DNA of 64,000 nt from Octopus vulgaris. Lineage: Eukaryota. The translations under genes and the position numbers were made by a program. Location of the stretch: the NCBI GenBank assembly GCA_951406725.2, contig OX597824.1:34658001-34722000 (forward strand). The letters run 5' to 3'. The notes beneath the pieces were generated by a model, which worked only from the letters and a program-made list of their open reading frames with translations, was not told the origin of the DNA and ran no database searches. This document shows positions 12,412 to 26,690 of this stretch, in pieces (within the stretch, counting starts at the first letter, position 1; the number at the start of each line of letters is the position of its first letter).

Positions 12412-13675
12412 CAGAGATATGCAGGAAATAAATAGACAGCTTCAAATTTCAAAATCTTTTATTTCATAGGCAAAGCAAACAATTGAAATATAATCGATAG
12501 GTAGTACTCAATACTTTAGTATTTAGTTGACATTCCCTTTGCAGTTTTTAATTCAAAAACTCTTTTCGGCATTGAACTGATGAACTTTGTGATTGTCTCC
12601 TGTGGAATTTCTGCCAACTTTTCATGCAACAATCGAAACAATTCATCTTTAGATTTAGGTTTCTGTCGAGGTTTTCATATAGCTCTATCTAGTATATTCA
12701 AAGATTTTCAATTGGGTTCATGTCAGGAGATTGGCTCGGCCAAGGAAGCTTTTTGATCCCATTTTCAGTCAGCCATTGTTGATTCCTTTTAACTGTGTGG
12801 CATGGAGCCCCATCTTCCATGAATAAAAACTCATTTTTTGTTATGTTATTGTGTGAATACATCGGAAGTAGTCCTTGCTTAAATATTTCGGTGTATTTTT
12901 CAGAGTTTATGGTTCCAAACACATTTGATCAGCTCAGAATGACCACTGCTGGTGACAGCTCCCCATACCATTACAGAGATACCTCCATGTTTCACAGTTG
13001 GTTGGAGTTGTTTCAAATCAAATTCTTGATTGGGAAGCCTCTAGACACAAACATGTCCACTGTCTGAAAATAATGCAAATCTGGATTCATCTGAGAAAAT
13101 CACTCTATCCCAAAATGAACTGGATTTTTCTGACATCCCCTTAAGCCATTTCTTTCTTTTCATGATATTAATTGGTTGAAGGAGAGGTTTTCATCTAGCT
13201 GCTCATCAATAATACCCAAGCTTATGCAGATATGTAACACACGTTCTTGGACTAACTTGCAATGTCAGAAGCCTTCGAAAGGGGTTCGTTTCCCACCTTT
13301 CTCTTCAAACAGTGAAGCTTCCTTTCCAAGGGCCTAGGTCAGCCAGGACGAGAATCTGTTGATTCTTTTCCTTGGCTTTTGAATTGCACTATAATTCTAT
13401 TAACAGTAGCAAGAGGAATTTGAAGATTTTTGGCAATTTTTTGCTGGCTAAGACCAACCTCAGATTGCCCAACAATATGATCTCTTTGAAAATCTGACAG
13501 TTCTGCTGAATTTTTTGTGCATGGCATAGTTACTCTTCGCAAATGTTTAATATAATGGCACCTGGAATGCAAAAAAATAATTACATTGTAAATTCTACAC
13601 TGCTGAAAACATATTAAAACACTTAGATCAGAAATTTAGAAAATTAAAGGTGTCTATTTACTTCCTGCATGTCTG
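12412..13675 (-). mobile_element. Degenerate Tc1 (DD34E) transposon with TIRs
   Basis: TIRs CAGA(G)ATATGCAGGAAATAAATAGACA / TGTCTATTTACTTCCTGCATGTCTG followed by TA; peptides ELSDFQR..HTH, IFSDESRF, FMEDGAPCH, SPDMNPIENL. Confidence 0.9.
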
Positions 13676-13779
13676 TATATATATATATGAAATCAAATAT
13701 TAAACACTTTTGTTTTCAAAATATCATCCTTCCATTAACATGTAAATGTTCTGGACCTCCGCTACCAGTTAAGCACTGC

Positions 13780-14550
13780 TCAGGAATCACAACACCAGTA
13801 CGTTGGACCAAATGGAGTAACGATCCCAGAATTAAATATGGTGTGTGATCTTGGAGTAGAAATAAGCAACAATGCCTCATTTCACACACATATCAACAAA
13901 ATGGTAGCAGTATCCAGAACACTATGATGACACTATGGAAGTCATTTATCCTCAGCCAACTGGACTACTGCTCTCAGCTATGGTCACCTTAAAATACAAG
14001 GACGATAGCAGAGCTTGAAGCAGTCCAACAACATTACACAAAGAAAATAGCATCAATGGAACGACTGAGCTACTGGGACACATTGAAAGAGCTATGACTC
14101 TATTCCCCGGAACGAAGGCAGGAGAGGTATGCAGTGATATATATATGGAAGATACTGGAAGGACTGGTACCAAACTTTGGAATAAAAAGCTATACCAGAC
14201 CACAAACAGGACATTACTGTGCTCTCTCCACTGTGCCGACTGCTTCATCTCAGGCAACGACGATTTACTGCAATAGCTTGGGTTTCAAGTGTCCACAGTT
14301 GTTTAACTGTCTGCCGAAGCATCTGAGGAGCCTCCATGGAGTGGATGTTGATGTTTTCAAATGTGAACTTGACCTCTGGCTCACCGAGATCCCAGATGAG
14401 CCAATATCTAAGCAAGAAACACAAAAGAGGGCAGTAGCATCGAACTCCATCCTTCACCAGAAGCTGCTCTGACAAAGGTGGATTGTGGAAAGATGATCAC
14501 AATGGCAGTACTCCAGCATGGTCCCAGTCATTGGACTGAAACATATAAAA
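13780..14550 (+). mobile_element. Degenerate 3' fragment of CR1-group LINE
   Basis: IYIWKILEGLVPNFGI..YCNSLGF homologous to 17040-17190; shared 3' tail. Confidence 0.85.
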
Positions 14551-14633
14551 GAATATGTATATATGTATATATATATTTGTATATATATATGTATGTGTAT
14601 ATATATTTGTATATATATATATATATATGTATA

Positions 14634-14692
<59 letters not shown>

Positions 14693-14719
14693 ATATATGT
14701 TTGTATATATATGTACATA

Positions 14720-17470
14720 TAAGGCAACTTGATGTAGTTGTGTGTGCTACATATCGCCCTCCAGATGCCCCAAGCCATGTGGGCAAGTTTGAAGACTGCC
14801 TTATAAAAATAGAAGAAGTTCTAATCACATTAGAACAACACATAAGTGTACTTCTTATGGGAGACTTCAATCTACCCAATGTCAGATGGCCCGAGGGCCT
14901 TTCTCTCCCAGGAATGACAAGATGTGAACGAGGACAGGCGAGGTCCCTCCTGAACCTCATCAACACCCTGTACATGGAGCAAGTAATACTCCAACCAACC
15001 AGGGCAGGTAACACACTGGATCTCTGCTTCACAAATGACATGGATCTCATCCGTAATGTGAAAGTGACACTGACACTACTCTCGGATCACAACATGGTAG
15101 AGCTGACCATGTACGGGCCAAAAGAGAGCACAGACATGCAGCCTACAAGAAACCCTCAGAATCTTTCCAGCTTGAACTACCATAAGGCAAACTGGAAACA
15201 AATTGAGAAAGAGATCCTCAAACAAAACTGGCCTAAATGTCTCTCCTCGCCAGACATCGATGTGAAACTTCGACAATTCATGTCTGTAATGCAAGCCATA
15301 TGCTACAAATGTGTCCCAGAGAGAAAGGCCACTGTACACAAGAACAAAATCCCCAGAGAGAGGAAAATTTTAATGAGACGGCGTACAAAAATTTCAAATC
15401 GTTTAAACAAACAGATTGAAAGCAGTGAAAAGTCCCGCCTGAAAATAAAACTGTTGGAAATTGAAAAATGTCTGCAACTCTCCCATGAAAAGGAAAGAGC
15501 AGACAAAGAAGCCTGGGCTATAGACAACATAAAATCTAACCCCAGAGCTTTCTACAGGTATGCCAAAGAAACAGCTACGGTGCACTGTAGAATAGGGCCA
15601 CTCCTTGAAAAGGATGGCACACTTACAGGAAAACCAATGAGGGTAAGTGAAATACTGAATGAGCAATTCAAGAGTGTTTTCACTCCACCCCATGGGCATC
15701 TCCAAATCACCAATCCAACTGACTTCTTTACCACTGCAGATATAAAATCAGAGGCGGCAACGATAGATTACATCGATATAAAGGAAGACGATGTAATAAA
15801 GGCTATAGATGAAATGAAAACAGACTCAGCTACTGGCCCCGATGGATTCCCGGCAATCCTCCTAAAAGCATGTAAGAGAGTCCTAGCAAGACCACTGCAG
15901 TTCCTCTTTCAGAGCTTCCTTGCAGCTGGCAAACTTCCAAGAAAACTGAAGGAAGGTAAAATATGCCCCATTCATAAAGGAGGTAGCAGAGCGGAGGCCA
16001 AGAACTACAGACCTATCTCTCTGACCTCACATCAGCAAGGTCATGGAACGAATAGTCAGAAGGAAACTGATCACCTTCCTTGAAGAATATGACTTGCTGC
16101 CCGACACCCAACATGGTTTCCGACCAGGGAGAAGCTGTTTAACTCAGCTCCTACAACACTATGACTGGGTGCTGAAACGGCTGCTCAACCACTCAAATGT
16201 GGAAGTGATATATCTCGACTTTGCAAAGGCCTTTGATAAAGTCGATCATGGAATGATATGTCACAAACTGCGTGATCTCAACATAGTTGGAAAACTGGGA
16301 GAATGGCTTCATGACTTTCTGAAAGATAGAAGTCAGGTGGTAGTAGCCAATGGGGCCACTTCCATTAACACGCAAATAGTGAGCGGTGTTCCGCAGGGCA
16401 CTGTTCTGGGACCACTACTGTTCATAATGGCCCTCTCAGACATGCCCTCAGCCACACAGAGAGCCACGATCACAAGTTATGTAGATGATACAAAAGTTTC
16501 ACAGGCAATACAGAACCCTGAGGACACTAAACGCCTGCAATGTGAGCTGGACAAAATATACAAGTGGGCTGAAAAGAATAGCATGCAGTTCAATGCTGAA
16601 AAGTTTCAAGCTTTATACTATCAGCATGCAAAACTAAATGCAATACCCAATGAATACACTGGACCTGGAGGAATGGCGGTCCCAGAGGCAGAATCAGTGC
16701 ATGACCTGGGTATTTACATGAGTGATGACGCAACCTTTCATGTACATGTTGCTAAATTGGCAATGAAATGTAGACGACTGGCCGGATGGATTCTTAGAAC
16801 CTTTAGAACAAGAGAACAAGAAACCATGATGGTCCTCTGGAGGACACTTGTCCTAAGCCACTTTGACTATTGCTCTCAGTTATGGTCACCATCCAGTGTC
16901 AAGTTGATCACAGAGCTCGAAGCGATCCAGCGTAGCTACACGAAGAAGATAGCCTCTATGCAGAATGTAAGCTACTGGGAAAGACTCAAGAGATTAAAAC
17001 TATATTCCTTGGAGCGTAGGCGGGAAAGATATGCCATAATATACATCTGGAAGATCCTGGAGGGACGTGTCCCAAACTTTGGCATTGAGAGTTACACAAA
17101 TGCCAGAACTGGGCGCCACTGCGTGGTGCCTAGGACTCCAAATTTGCCATCAAGATGTAGGACAAGATACTGTGATAGCCTGGGCTTCTGAGGCCCACAG
17201 CTCTTCAATATCCTCCCGAAGAACCTGAGAGACCTGCATGGGGTGGATGCAGATGTCTTTAAAATGAAACTGGATCTCTTCCTGTCAGGTGTCCAAGATG
17301 AACCAACTTCACAGCAGGAGGTGCAGATGAGGGCAGCTGCATCGAACTCTCTCATGCACCAAATGGTAGTTGCTAAAAAGCGTTCGTGAAGTAAAGCCAA
17401 GTAGCAACACCAAATGGCAGTGCCCCAGCATGGCCACAGCTCATGAGCTGAAACTAGAATCAATCAATCA
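14720..17470 (+). mobile_element. 5'-truncated CR1-group LINE ORF2 (APE endonuclease + RT); frameshift ~16035, stop 17189
   Basis: [19 protein letters not shown] (APE); [47 protein letters not shown] (RT); (ATCA)n tail. Confidence 0.93.
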
Positions 17471-17490
17471 TATATATGTATATATATGTT

Positions 17491-17525
<35 letters not shown>

Positions 17526-17652
17526 ATATATATGTTTGTATATATATATATATGTATATATATGTTTGTATATTTATATATGTATATGTATGTATGTATA
17601 TATATATGTATATATATATATGTATGTTTATATATATTCATATGTATATATA

Positions 17653-17960
17653 AATTAGAGAAAAACCACTATTATGCAATTCAAAACATGATAGACATAA
17701 ACCAAATCATAAATAAAAGATAAAATATATTTTAAAACATATAACTAGATCACAAAAAGTACAAAAATGAATAAACAATATATAATAAGTAAAAAGACTA
17801 CATATGTTTCATGGCTATAATTAAAATTTGAATTACAATTAAATTTAAATTTAATCAAAAAACAATTCAATTTAAAATTATAATCACTCCTCGGGTCAAC
17901 AATAATAACAATAATAATTAAATAAATAAGCAAATAGAATTAAACAATATTTCATAACAT
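17653..17960 (-). mobile_element. Probable PLE pLTR remnant with degenerate hammerhead (~17796-17897)
   Basis: Minus strand: GAC-CCGAGGA-GTG...CAT-GAAAC-ATAT-GTA-GTC; core U4>C. Confidence 0.45.
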
Positions 17961-18760
17961 TATGATTGTTCTTATAGAAGAAACTCCCTTAACTAAATTT
18001 GAAAGTTAAAACATTAGGACCAGGTGTCTATAATACATTTATCATATTAAATATTTAAGGTAAAAAAATAGAGAAAATAGATAGAAAAATGTATTTATCT
18101 GTGAAGATATAATTTAGCTTTAATAAAAAATATTAATAAACTATATAATATATGTTTAACCTAGCTATACTCTAATATTTAATTACCAAACTATTTTACA
18201 AAACAATCACACTTAATATTTTTAGATTTTAGTTCACATATTATAATTATAAAATTTTAAAAATTATAAAATTTTATAAAAGTACGTATCTAAATTATAA
18301 TCAACAAATATAGCAATTAGAAATCCATATTTTTTCAATCAATAAACATAAATAAATAAATAAATTACTCCATTATTTCTTAAATAAATATTATAGATAT
18401 CATTCCGAAAATATATATGAAATAAAAAATAAAAAATACCAAAACTAAAAACGTATAACTTATCATTTATAAAATTATTTGCAAAAAAAGTACTTATTAT
18501 TATTATTATTATTATTGTTATTATTATTATTATTAAATTTAATAATACTAGAAATATAATAAAAACCTCTAGTTATACTAAAGCATTTTTACAATCTAAA
18601 TCACAAAGTGACAAACTAATATTTTACAATTTACGTCCAGATATAATAATTATAAAATAATAATAATTAAATAAATGTAAGTTTCTAAATTATTGTTAAC
18701 AAATAAAAAATTAGTAATTCATATTTGTCAATCAATACTTATAAAGAGTACATTATTATT

Positions 18761-18797
18761 TCTTAACGTTTCGAGTGGAGCTCTTCGTCAGAAACAT
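18761..18797 (-). ncRNA. Minimal hammerhead ribozyme remnant (PLE type); stem I truncated
   Basis: Minus strand GTTT-CTGACGA-A-GAG-CTCCA-CTC-GAAACGTT. Confidence 0.55.
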
Positions 18798-19671
18798 AGG
18801 AAAAGGAAAGATCCAGAGAAGGGAAGACGGAGGAAAAAAAAATCGCCAACGGTACACATGTGGTCACATATATATATATGAATTTATGTGAGTACATGTA
18901 TGAGGAGTAATGCTACAAGGTAGTAAAACCTAAGCCATGAATGCAGGGGACATGCAAAGGTTAGAAAGAAATTAAATAAGCATATGCAAATGAGTTGAGA
19001 GAAAATGCAAATGTATTGAGAGAAAAATTGCTCATCAGATGTAATGTACAAGAGAGAAGACTGCTCTGGTATGGATAAGGGCAGCTTTATAAAGAAGTGC
19101 CATTGAGGATTATATTGTGATTATAATATTTATCATGTGAAGTTCTTTCAGTATTTTCCTGTGTTTCGTGTTCCAATTCTGAACTTAGGTCTAAGGTATT
19201 TCCCACTCCCATATTTATCATTACCCGTCTGTCATCCATTGTCCAATGTGCTCCTTGGTGACTCGTGCAACGATATGGTCGGAAATCTCAGTGTTGTCAG
19301 TAATTCCATAGAAGGTGAGTAGGGGACAACATGAGAGAAGTGGCACGCTGAAGTTCCCTTCCTAATTCACAGTGCCAACTAATTAGGCAATTAATGTCTG
19401 CTGTATAAATTACAGGTACTCTGTATTTTGCCAGACATTGATAAAAAAACATGTGAGTGCCATTTCTCCAGCCTCTTATGAAATTTATTGTCCTGTCAAT
19501 AGCTTCACTGTAACTCTGGCATGGGGAGCTAATAAAAGGCTATCCTTCCTCAAGGGAACCCTAGATTGTGGTTTAATATCATGCCCAGTGAGAATAGTTG
19601 CCTAATAATTCCAACTTTTGACGGAAATATTTCAAATGACCTTATTACAAGTGTTGTCCACATTATTATTA

Positions 19672-19712
<41 letters not shown>

Positions 19713-19884
19713 ATTTTTTTTTTTCTTCTTTCTTCAAATTTTCTTCTGTTTCTCGCCAAGTGTTTTCCATACACATAGGGCAGAGAAGGGCATTGTATGC
19801 ATTCCCAGATTACACATGCAAATTCATAGATAAAATATGTATTTAAAAATTAATAAATAAATAAATTCATGGATGGATGTTATT

Positions 19885-19995
19885 TTCACAGCGATAGTGC
19901 TCTTCTCAGTACATGAGCCGTTCCAGTTAATACGATTTTTTGCACTTCCTGTAGGGATGGTGAGCCTGGAATCATTTTCAAATAGGTTTCAGTAA
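19885..19995 (-). mobile_element. Dong/R4-clade LINE C-terminal fragment
   Basis: Translates to TETYLKMIPGSPSLQEVQKIVLTGTAHVLRRALSL*, next to (TAA)n repeats. Confidence 0.7.
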
Positions 19996-20499
19996 CTTTT
20001 TTTTTATTTTTTATTATTATTATTATAATTATTTTTCTCGTTTGTGGGAGCAGTCAAGTTTCAGATATTCACATTTTAAAAATCATCTCTGGCTAATCGT
20101 TGAGAGGACGTTGGTGTTGCCTTGCCGGAAGTTTGCACTCTCTGAGTACTCTAATTATTATTATTATTATTGAGTGAGAGAGCAGTGCATACCATCAAAG
20201 TAACACTGGGGTAAAATATATGAAGCCCAGTATATGCATCATGACTACCTGTCTGATAAGAGTACACCAGGTACATGTATCACAACTATATGTGCACAAC
20301 ATGGTGATCTTATATCAAGATAAACAGTGCATGACCCTGCAGGTGGGGCCCAGTTAAAATTTTCTTCGGGTTAAGTACTCCATCCTACTCAAATAAGGAG
20401 ATGAGATGGTCTATTGTTTCGTCAAATGTGTCACAGAATCTGCATTTAGGGTTAGAACCATTTTGAAGAATATTAGCCTGGTAGTTTTTGTGAATAATC

Positions 20500-20545
<46 letters not shown>

Positions 20546-20912
20546 CATCACCATCATCATTATTTTTATTATTATTACTATTATTAAGGAAATGTCTTAA
20601 AACTTGGTAAACAATTCAGTTTTTAAGTAGCAGCTGCTTCCTAGATTTATAATTACAGGATTATACATGTGTATACATGATTCATGTATATATACGTGAA
20701 TCATGCCTTATTACAATATGTGTGTGTGTGTGTGTGTGTGTATACATGAATCATACCATATTACAATCCTGTGATCATACATCTAGGAAACAAATGCTAC
20801 CTGAAAACAAAAATGTTTACCAAGTTTTAAATGACATTTCTTTGATAATAATAATAATAATAATCATACTATAACTGGCGTAATGTCCGTCCATTTGTTT
20901 GTCTGTACTCAC

Positions 20913-23900
20913 ATTATGGCCAAACGGTCTTTGAACAAAACAAAAACAGTTCAACACCAATCCAAAAAGATTCTACCAAGAACTTGGCAAAAATAAAACA
21001 GAGATCAATGCAGCACCAACAGCAGAAATAGTGAAAGAATTTTGGAAAGAAGTATGGTTGGTAAAGGAACAGCCTCGGAAATGATCTATCAAAATAACAA
21101 ACACAACATCTGAACAACTCTGGACTCCTCTAACAAAAGAAGATGTCACTCAGGCACTGCAAAAACTAAGCAACTGGAAGGCACCTAGACACAAGATCAC
21201 CAATTTCTGGTTAAAATAGGAATACATAAGATGCTGACTGAGAAATTTAATGAGATACCAGTGGAGCCAAGGACAATGTCTGAATGGCTCACAGAAGGGA
21301 AAACTATCCTAATTCTCAAATCCACTGAACCAGCAAACCCACAAAACTACAGACTGATAACTTGTCTCCTTACAATGTACAAAACCTTAACTGCAATAAT
21401 ATCACAGAGAATGGACAAACATCTGGAAGGAAGCAACATGTTTCCAGAAGATCAGAAGGGATGCTGCAAGGGCTCATATGAATGAAAATATCATTTATTG
21501 ATCAATAAAACCATAACTGAAGACAACCAAAAGAAAAAATAAGGGTCTAAGCATGGCTTGGATCGATTATCAAAAGTCTTTTAACAGTATTCCCCCACAC
21601 ATGGATCCTGGAAACATTAGCTATGAACAAGGTAGTACCAATAATCATAAAATATATAAAACATTCCATGAATAAATGGCAAATAGTACCACAGCTCCAG
21701 ACAAAAGAGAGACTCATAAAAACTAAAGCCATCCCAATTAGAAGAGGAATATTCCAAGGAAACATACTCTCTCCACTCCTTTTCTGCTTGACACTGATGC
21801 ATTTATCTGACATGCTGAAGAAAACTGGATATGGATACATCTGCTACAGTAAAACAATTGACCATCTCTTGTATATGGATGATCTAAAACTGTATGCTGC
21901 AAATGACAAACGGCTGGAAACATTACTACAAACAGTGCATGAATTTATGAAAGAAATAAACATAAAATTCAGCTTAGAAAAAATACCAAAGCAACCATCA
22001 AAAGTGGAAAACTAGTTAGGAGTAACAATATCACCCTAGATAAAGCAAATGAAATAAGAGAATTAGACCAAAACCAGACAATACGAATATTTAGGAATCA
22101 ATGAACTAGATATGGTATAACACACAAATGAAAGAGAAGATAAGAAAGGAATACTATAGAAGAGTTACAATAATACTTAAAACAGAACTCAATGTGAAAA
22201 TCAAGATAATAAGTATCAACACTCTTGCCATCCCAGTTATAAGTTACAGCTACAATATTCTTAATTGAACTCTAAATGAACAAACCAAACTAGACAAGAA
22301 ATCAATAATAATGATGACAGAATTTAGGATGCACCACCCAAAATCTGACATAATGGGGTTTTCAAAAAATCCACCCAGAGCTGTTAAATCGAAAATTTTA
22401 TTTTATAAAACTAGTTTTCAGTTTAAATAACTGCCCACCTATAATAAGTGCTTATGGGTGGTAATATGGAAGTAAAATATTTCACCTAGGAAAAACAATG
22501 ATATTCTCAAAAACCATATTTATTTTATACAATTCCATTGAACTTCTATCGTTTCAGTTATCAGATATATAGACATAAAGAAAGTGAAACAGCCTTAAAA
22601 GAAGTAGCATATTAAAAAATATTCTCAAGTTAACAATGGATCTATTAGGAAATACTGAAAATTAAACTGTTGAAAACATGAATGGAAGCCTCGTATGACC
22701 AAATAATGTCCTTGGGCATTTATGGGTAAATATCACAAATTTCTTCATTTGTTGCTTGGTCATAATTCACATCAGAGCTAATTTCACTTACTTGTATCCC
22801 ATCTTCTTCAATTTTGTCATTATGTGCATCTGGCGCATTTACCTCAAGGCCAGACAAAACATCCTGTAAGAGTGAGCTTAAGAGACTATGTTCTACAGTC
22901 TGTCCATGAGGAGCAATTCCACAACATTCAAAAGCATGCTTTATAGTTTCTCTATTTAAAGTGGCAACAGCTTGGGTCACAAAGTTCACTATCTCCTGAC
23001 AAGAAAGTTTTTTGCGATATCCTTTATTTGTATACTCCCTTTTTGCCTTTGAAAACCAATTCTCTCATTCTGCATGAAGGACTTTCTTGAAAGGACCAAT
23101 AACTGATACATCTAACGGCTACAAGTAAGATGTTTTAGGAGATATAAGTTTGAGAATTGTATTCCTACGTTTGAACACTTCTAGGAGCTTTGTTTTCTTG
23201 TGCACTGAGCATTCATCCATGAATAGCCCTGAATTTTGAGCATGGAATAGTTGTGCTGTTCTCTGCCCAAGCACTTTGTCAGTTCACAGCTGCATGAGTT
23301 CATATGGGAATGATTCCTTGTTGGAGACAGTTAAGTAAACATTCTTTGGGACCTTGATTTTAGGCACGTTTTTCAATCCTTTAAGGATAATCATTTTTTT
23401 TTCAACACCCTTCCTTCAGCATTAACACACAACACAGCAGTAAAACAAGCTTTGGTAGCATCACAGTGGCTAGCATCTACATTTTTATTGCCAACAAAGT
23501 CTATGGTTGTTGAATTCAGCATGTCAACGTATACAGGGGTTTCATTCATATTATAAATCTGGTCAGCATCCTTATCTGCTGTTAATACTGGAATGCTATC
23601 TAGACAGTCACTGGCGATTTGTACCTGTTCTCCAAGTGTTTTATTGTCTGCTTGACCAACATGTGTAATCTTTCTCACAGTCAGTTTATTCCATTTCATG
23701 AAATTGAAAATCCATTTATCAGAACATCTAAAGCTGTTCATTTCAATTCCAAACCTTTTTACCAATTCAAAAACATATTTCCATAAATGGCAATAATTTA
23801 TTATTATATTGTTTGTATGCAGAACAACAATCCACTGTAAGAGTTCAATCTCTAGATCTCTATGTGTTGGTCCTCTACCTCCACCAATTGATCTGCGCCT

Positions 23901-24800
23901 CCTCTTGTCTGACATATTGATTAACTCAGTTTCTTTTGTGCACCATTCTCTCAATCGTTTCCTATCAATACCTAAGTCTCTTGATGCAGCAGATAAATTG
24001 CCAGAATGTTCTTTCACTCGTTTAGTAGCTCTCAATTTTTTACTAATGGTATATGATCGTTAAACATGTTTGATATATTTTGTTTTGACTCCATTATTGG
24101 GAATAAAAAATCCTTTAAATTTATCTACAGACTATTTACTGTACAATAACATAGTGAAGCTTGCAATGAGATAATTACTAGTGACACACGTAAAGAACAT
24201 TAACAGCAAGACAGTGGTTATTCCCAGGATATCGGCGTTCAATAAGAACTTGTGTTACAAATTGAGATATTCAAGGTAAATGAGATCACGTAGCAATGAT
24301 GACAAATATAATCGGATCAGATAAGTGGCATGGTGTAGCCAACGAACTATCAGGGTGTTACATTATTCCTCCGACGAAATAAGGCTAGTGCCGAACAGAG
24401 CAAATGAACATCTAAACACAATGCAAACAAGAACACTAACTCTGTTTCAGCTTTTAACCACAAATAACCACCCATCCAAATAAATGCCCATGAGTGATCT
24501 AATGGATGGGTGGATTTCGAAAACCCCAGAAGAAAGTTATATATAAAATGTAGAGGCCTTATACAGCTAGAAAATTATTATAAAATAAATACCATAGGAT
24601 TACAAAAATACCTAATTCAGAAGCAAGGAAAACTGGTACAAATAGGCATGAAAAACAAGCAAAACAAAAAACTGTTTTCTGATTTTTAGAAAACTGAAGA
24701 ATACAAGAAACAACCTGACTACTACTAAGACAAAGAAGAAAAAGCAACAGCTGTGAAACAACTGAAATCCAAACGAAAACTGGAACTACGAAGTATCTTG
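20913..24800 (+). mobile_element. Degenerate Dong/R4-clade LINE RT region, split by a pogo-like insertion
   Basis: WLTEGKTILI, NYRLITCLLTMYK, DQKGC, RRGIFQGNILSPLLF, HLLYMDDLKLYA, MHHPKSD; resumes after 24528. Confidence 0.85.
22354..24528 (-). mobile_element. pogo-superfamily (POGK-like) DNA transposon, degenerate
   Basis: TIRs TGGGGTTTTC(A/G)AAAA(AA)TCCACCCA at both ends; Brinker-like HTH (AASRDLGIDRKRLREW), CENP-B HTH (GGGRG..LEIELLQWI), DDE_1 start (IYNMNETPVYVDM), C-terminal IKHAFECCGI. Confidence 0.85.
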
Positions 24801-25494
24801 ATTAACTTAGGAAATTAATGTTGTTCGCAAAGCTTCTCCAATATAATAAAAATCTACAACTTGCTTTTTTTAGTTCAAAGCATATCCTGTTAGTTTTTTT
24901 ATTGTTTATAAAAAATAACCACTTTATGCAAATGTATGTGTATGTATACACTTGTGCGTGTGTGTGTGAGTGAGTGTATGCACATGTGTGTGTGTTTGTG
25001 AGTGTATGCACATGTGTGTGTGTTTTTTTTATTTTTAACTATTTGAAATCTTCCTGTAAGGAAGCAGCTGGTTTCTAACAAAGATACAATGTTCCATTGT
25101 TAAAATGTAGATAAGAAAAATAAAGTCACATTTCAAACTTGCATATTTTTACTGTGCCACTAACAGATTGCATTTGTAATGTGTGATTTAACTAGCTAAT
25201 TTCTTTTCCTGAAATGGATTGCAGCCTAGGGGTGATCCCAAAATGAAGGTGCGCATGCGTGTGTATAAGAGATATTCTCTTTAATGATAAATTACCATAG
25301 ATTTTTCCACTTTAGTGACACTGACTTATTAATAAAAAAAAACACAGTTTGCTACCAGTTCCAAAGGTACCTATAGATTTTTCCACTTTAGTAACATCAA
25401 TCCCCATACAATTCTCTTCTGCAGACTGATGTCACTATGACAGTGAAAAAAAAGAAAAGACTACCACTTCTGAAAATGTATATATGTGTGTGTG

Positions 25495-26280
25495 TACCCT
25501 AGCCCAGTGGGGATTACAATCCTAGAACTTAAACCAGTGAGGGACCTGGGTATCGACATGAGTGATGATAGCTCTTTCCAAGTGCACATTACAAAAGTGG
25601 TGACAAAGTGCAGATGGAAGGCTGGATGGTACCTGAGAACCTTCAGAACATAGAGAAGGGAATCATGATGGTCCTCAGCTGCCTGGACTACTGCTCCCAA
25701 CTATGGTCACCCCACATTATAAAATTAACAGTAGACTTTGAAGCAATCCAGCAAAGTTACACAAAGAAGATCATCTCATTGCAACTGCCCAGCTACTGGG
25801 AAATGCTGAAACAGCTAAGACTCTACTCCCTGGAGCGAAGACGAGAGAGATTTGCAGTAATATACATCTGGAAGATCTTGGAAGGGATTGTACCAAGTTT
25901 TGGCATTGAGAGCTACATAGATGCCAGAATGGGTCGCCACAGTGCAGTGCCAAAGATCCTAACATTGCTGTTGTGTTTGAAGATCAGTTACTGCAACAGC
26001 TTGGGTTTCAAGGTTCCACAGCTTTTTAATATTCTCCCAAAGAGCCTAAGGGACCTACACAAAGTGGATGTAGGTGTTTTTCAAACAAAACTGGATCTCT
26101 TCCTGCCAAGAATCCCAGATAAACCTACCTCGATGCAGGAGGTGCAAATGAGGGCAGCGACATCAAACTCCCTTATTCACCAAATGCCACATATCAGAGG
26201 AAGCTCTCAAAAATGATAGTGTAGCAAAACGGCAGTGCCCCAGCGTGGCTGCAGCTTTGAACTGATACAGATAAAAAAAA
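25495..26280 (+). mobile_element. CR1-group LINE 3' fragment
   Basis: LDYCSQLWSP, LYSLERRRER, IYIWKILEG; same tail as 17410-17460. Confidence 0.88.
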
Positions 26281-26300
26281 TAAATGAATATATATATATA

Positions 26301-26690
26301 GGCACAGGAGTGGCTGTGTGGTAAGTAGCTTGTTTACCAACCACATGGTTCCGGGTTCAGTCCCACTGCGTGGTACCTTGGGCAAGTGTCTTCTACTATA
26401 GCTTCAAGCCGACCAAAGCCTTGTGAGTGGATTTGGTAGACGGAAACTGAAAGAAGCCAGTCGTATATATCTATATATATGTATGTGCGTTAATGTTTGT
26501 GTGTCTGTGTTTGTCCCCCTAGCATTGCTTAACAACCGATGCTGGTGTGTTTATGTCCCCGTAACCTAGCGGTTCGGCAAAAGAGACCGATAGAATAAGT
26601 ACAGGGCTTACAAAGAATAAGTCCCGGGGTCGAGTTGCTTGATTAAAGGCAGTGCTCCAGCATGGCCAGTCAAAATGACTGAAACAAGAG
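26301..26690 (+). mobile_element. Full-length octopus-type tRNA-derived SINE
   Basis: GGCACAGGAGTGGCTGTGTGGTAAG (A box), GGTTCAGTCCC (B box), central microsatellite, LINE-like tail CCAGCATGGCC..GACTGAAACAAG. Confidence 0.9.

Noticed and set aside
14518-14720. N-terminal extension of the 521-aa ORF
   Set aside because: Read-through from a LINE tail and microsatellite into a 5'-truncated LINE.
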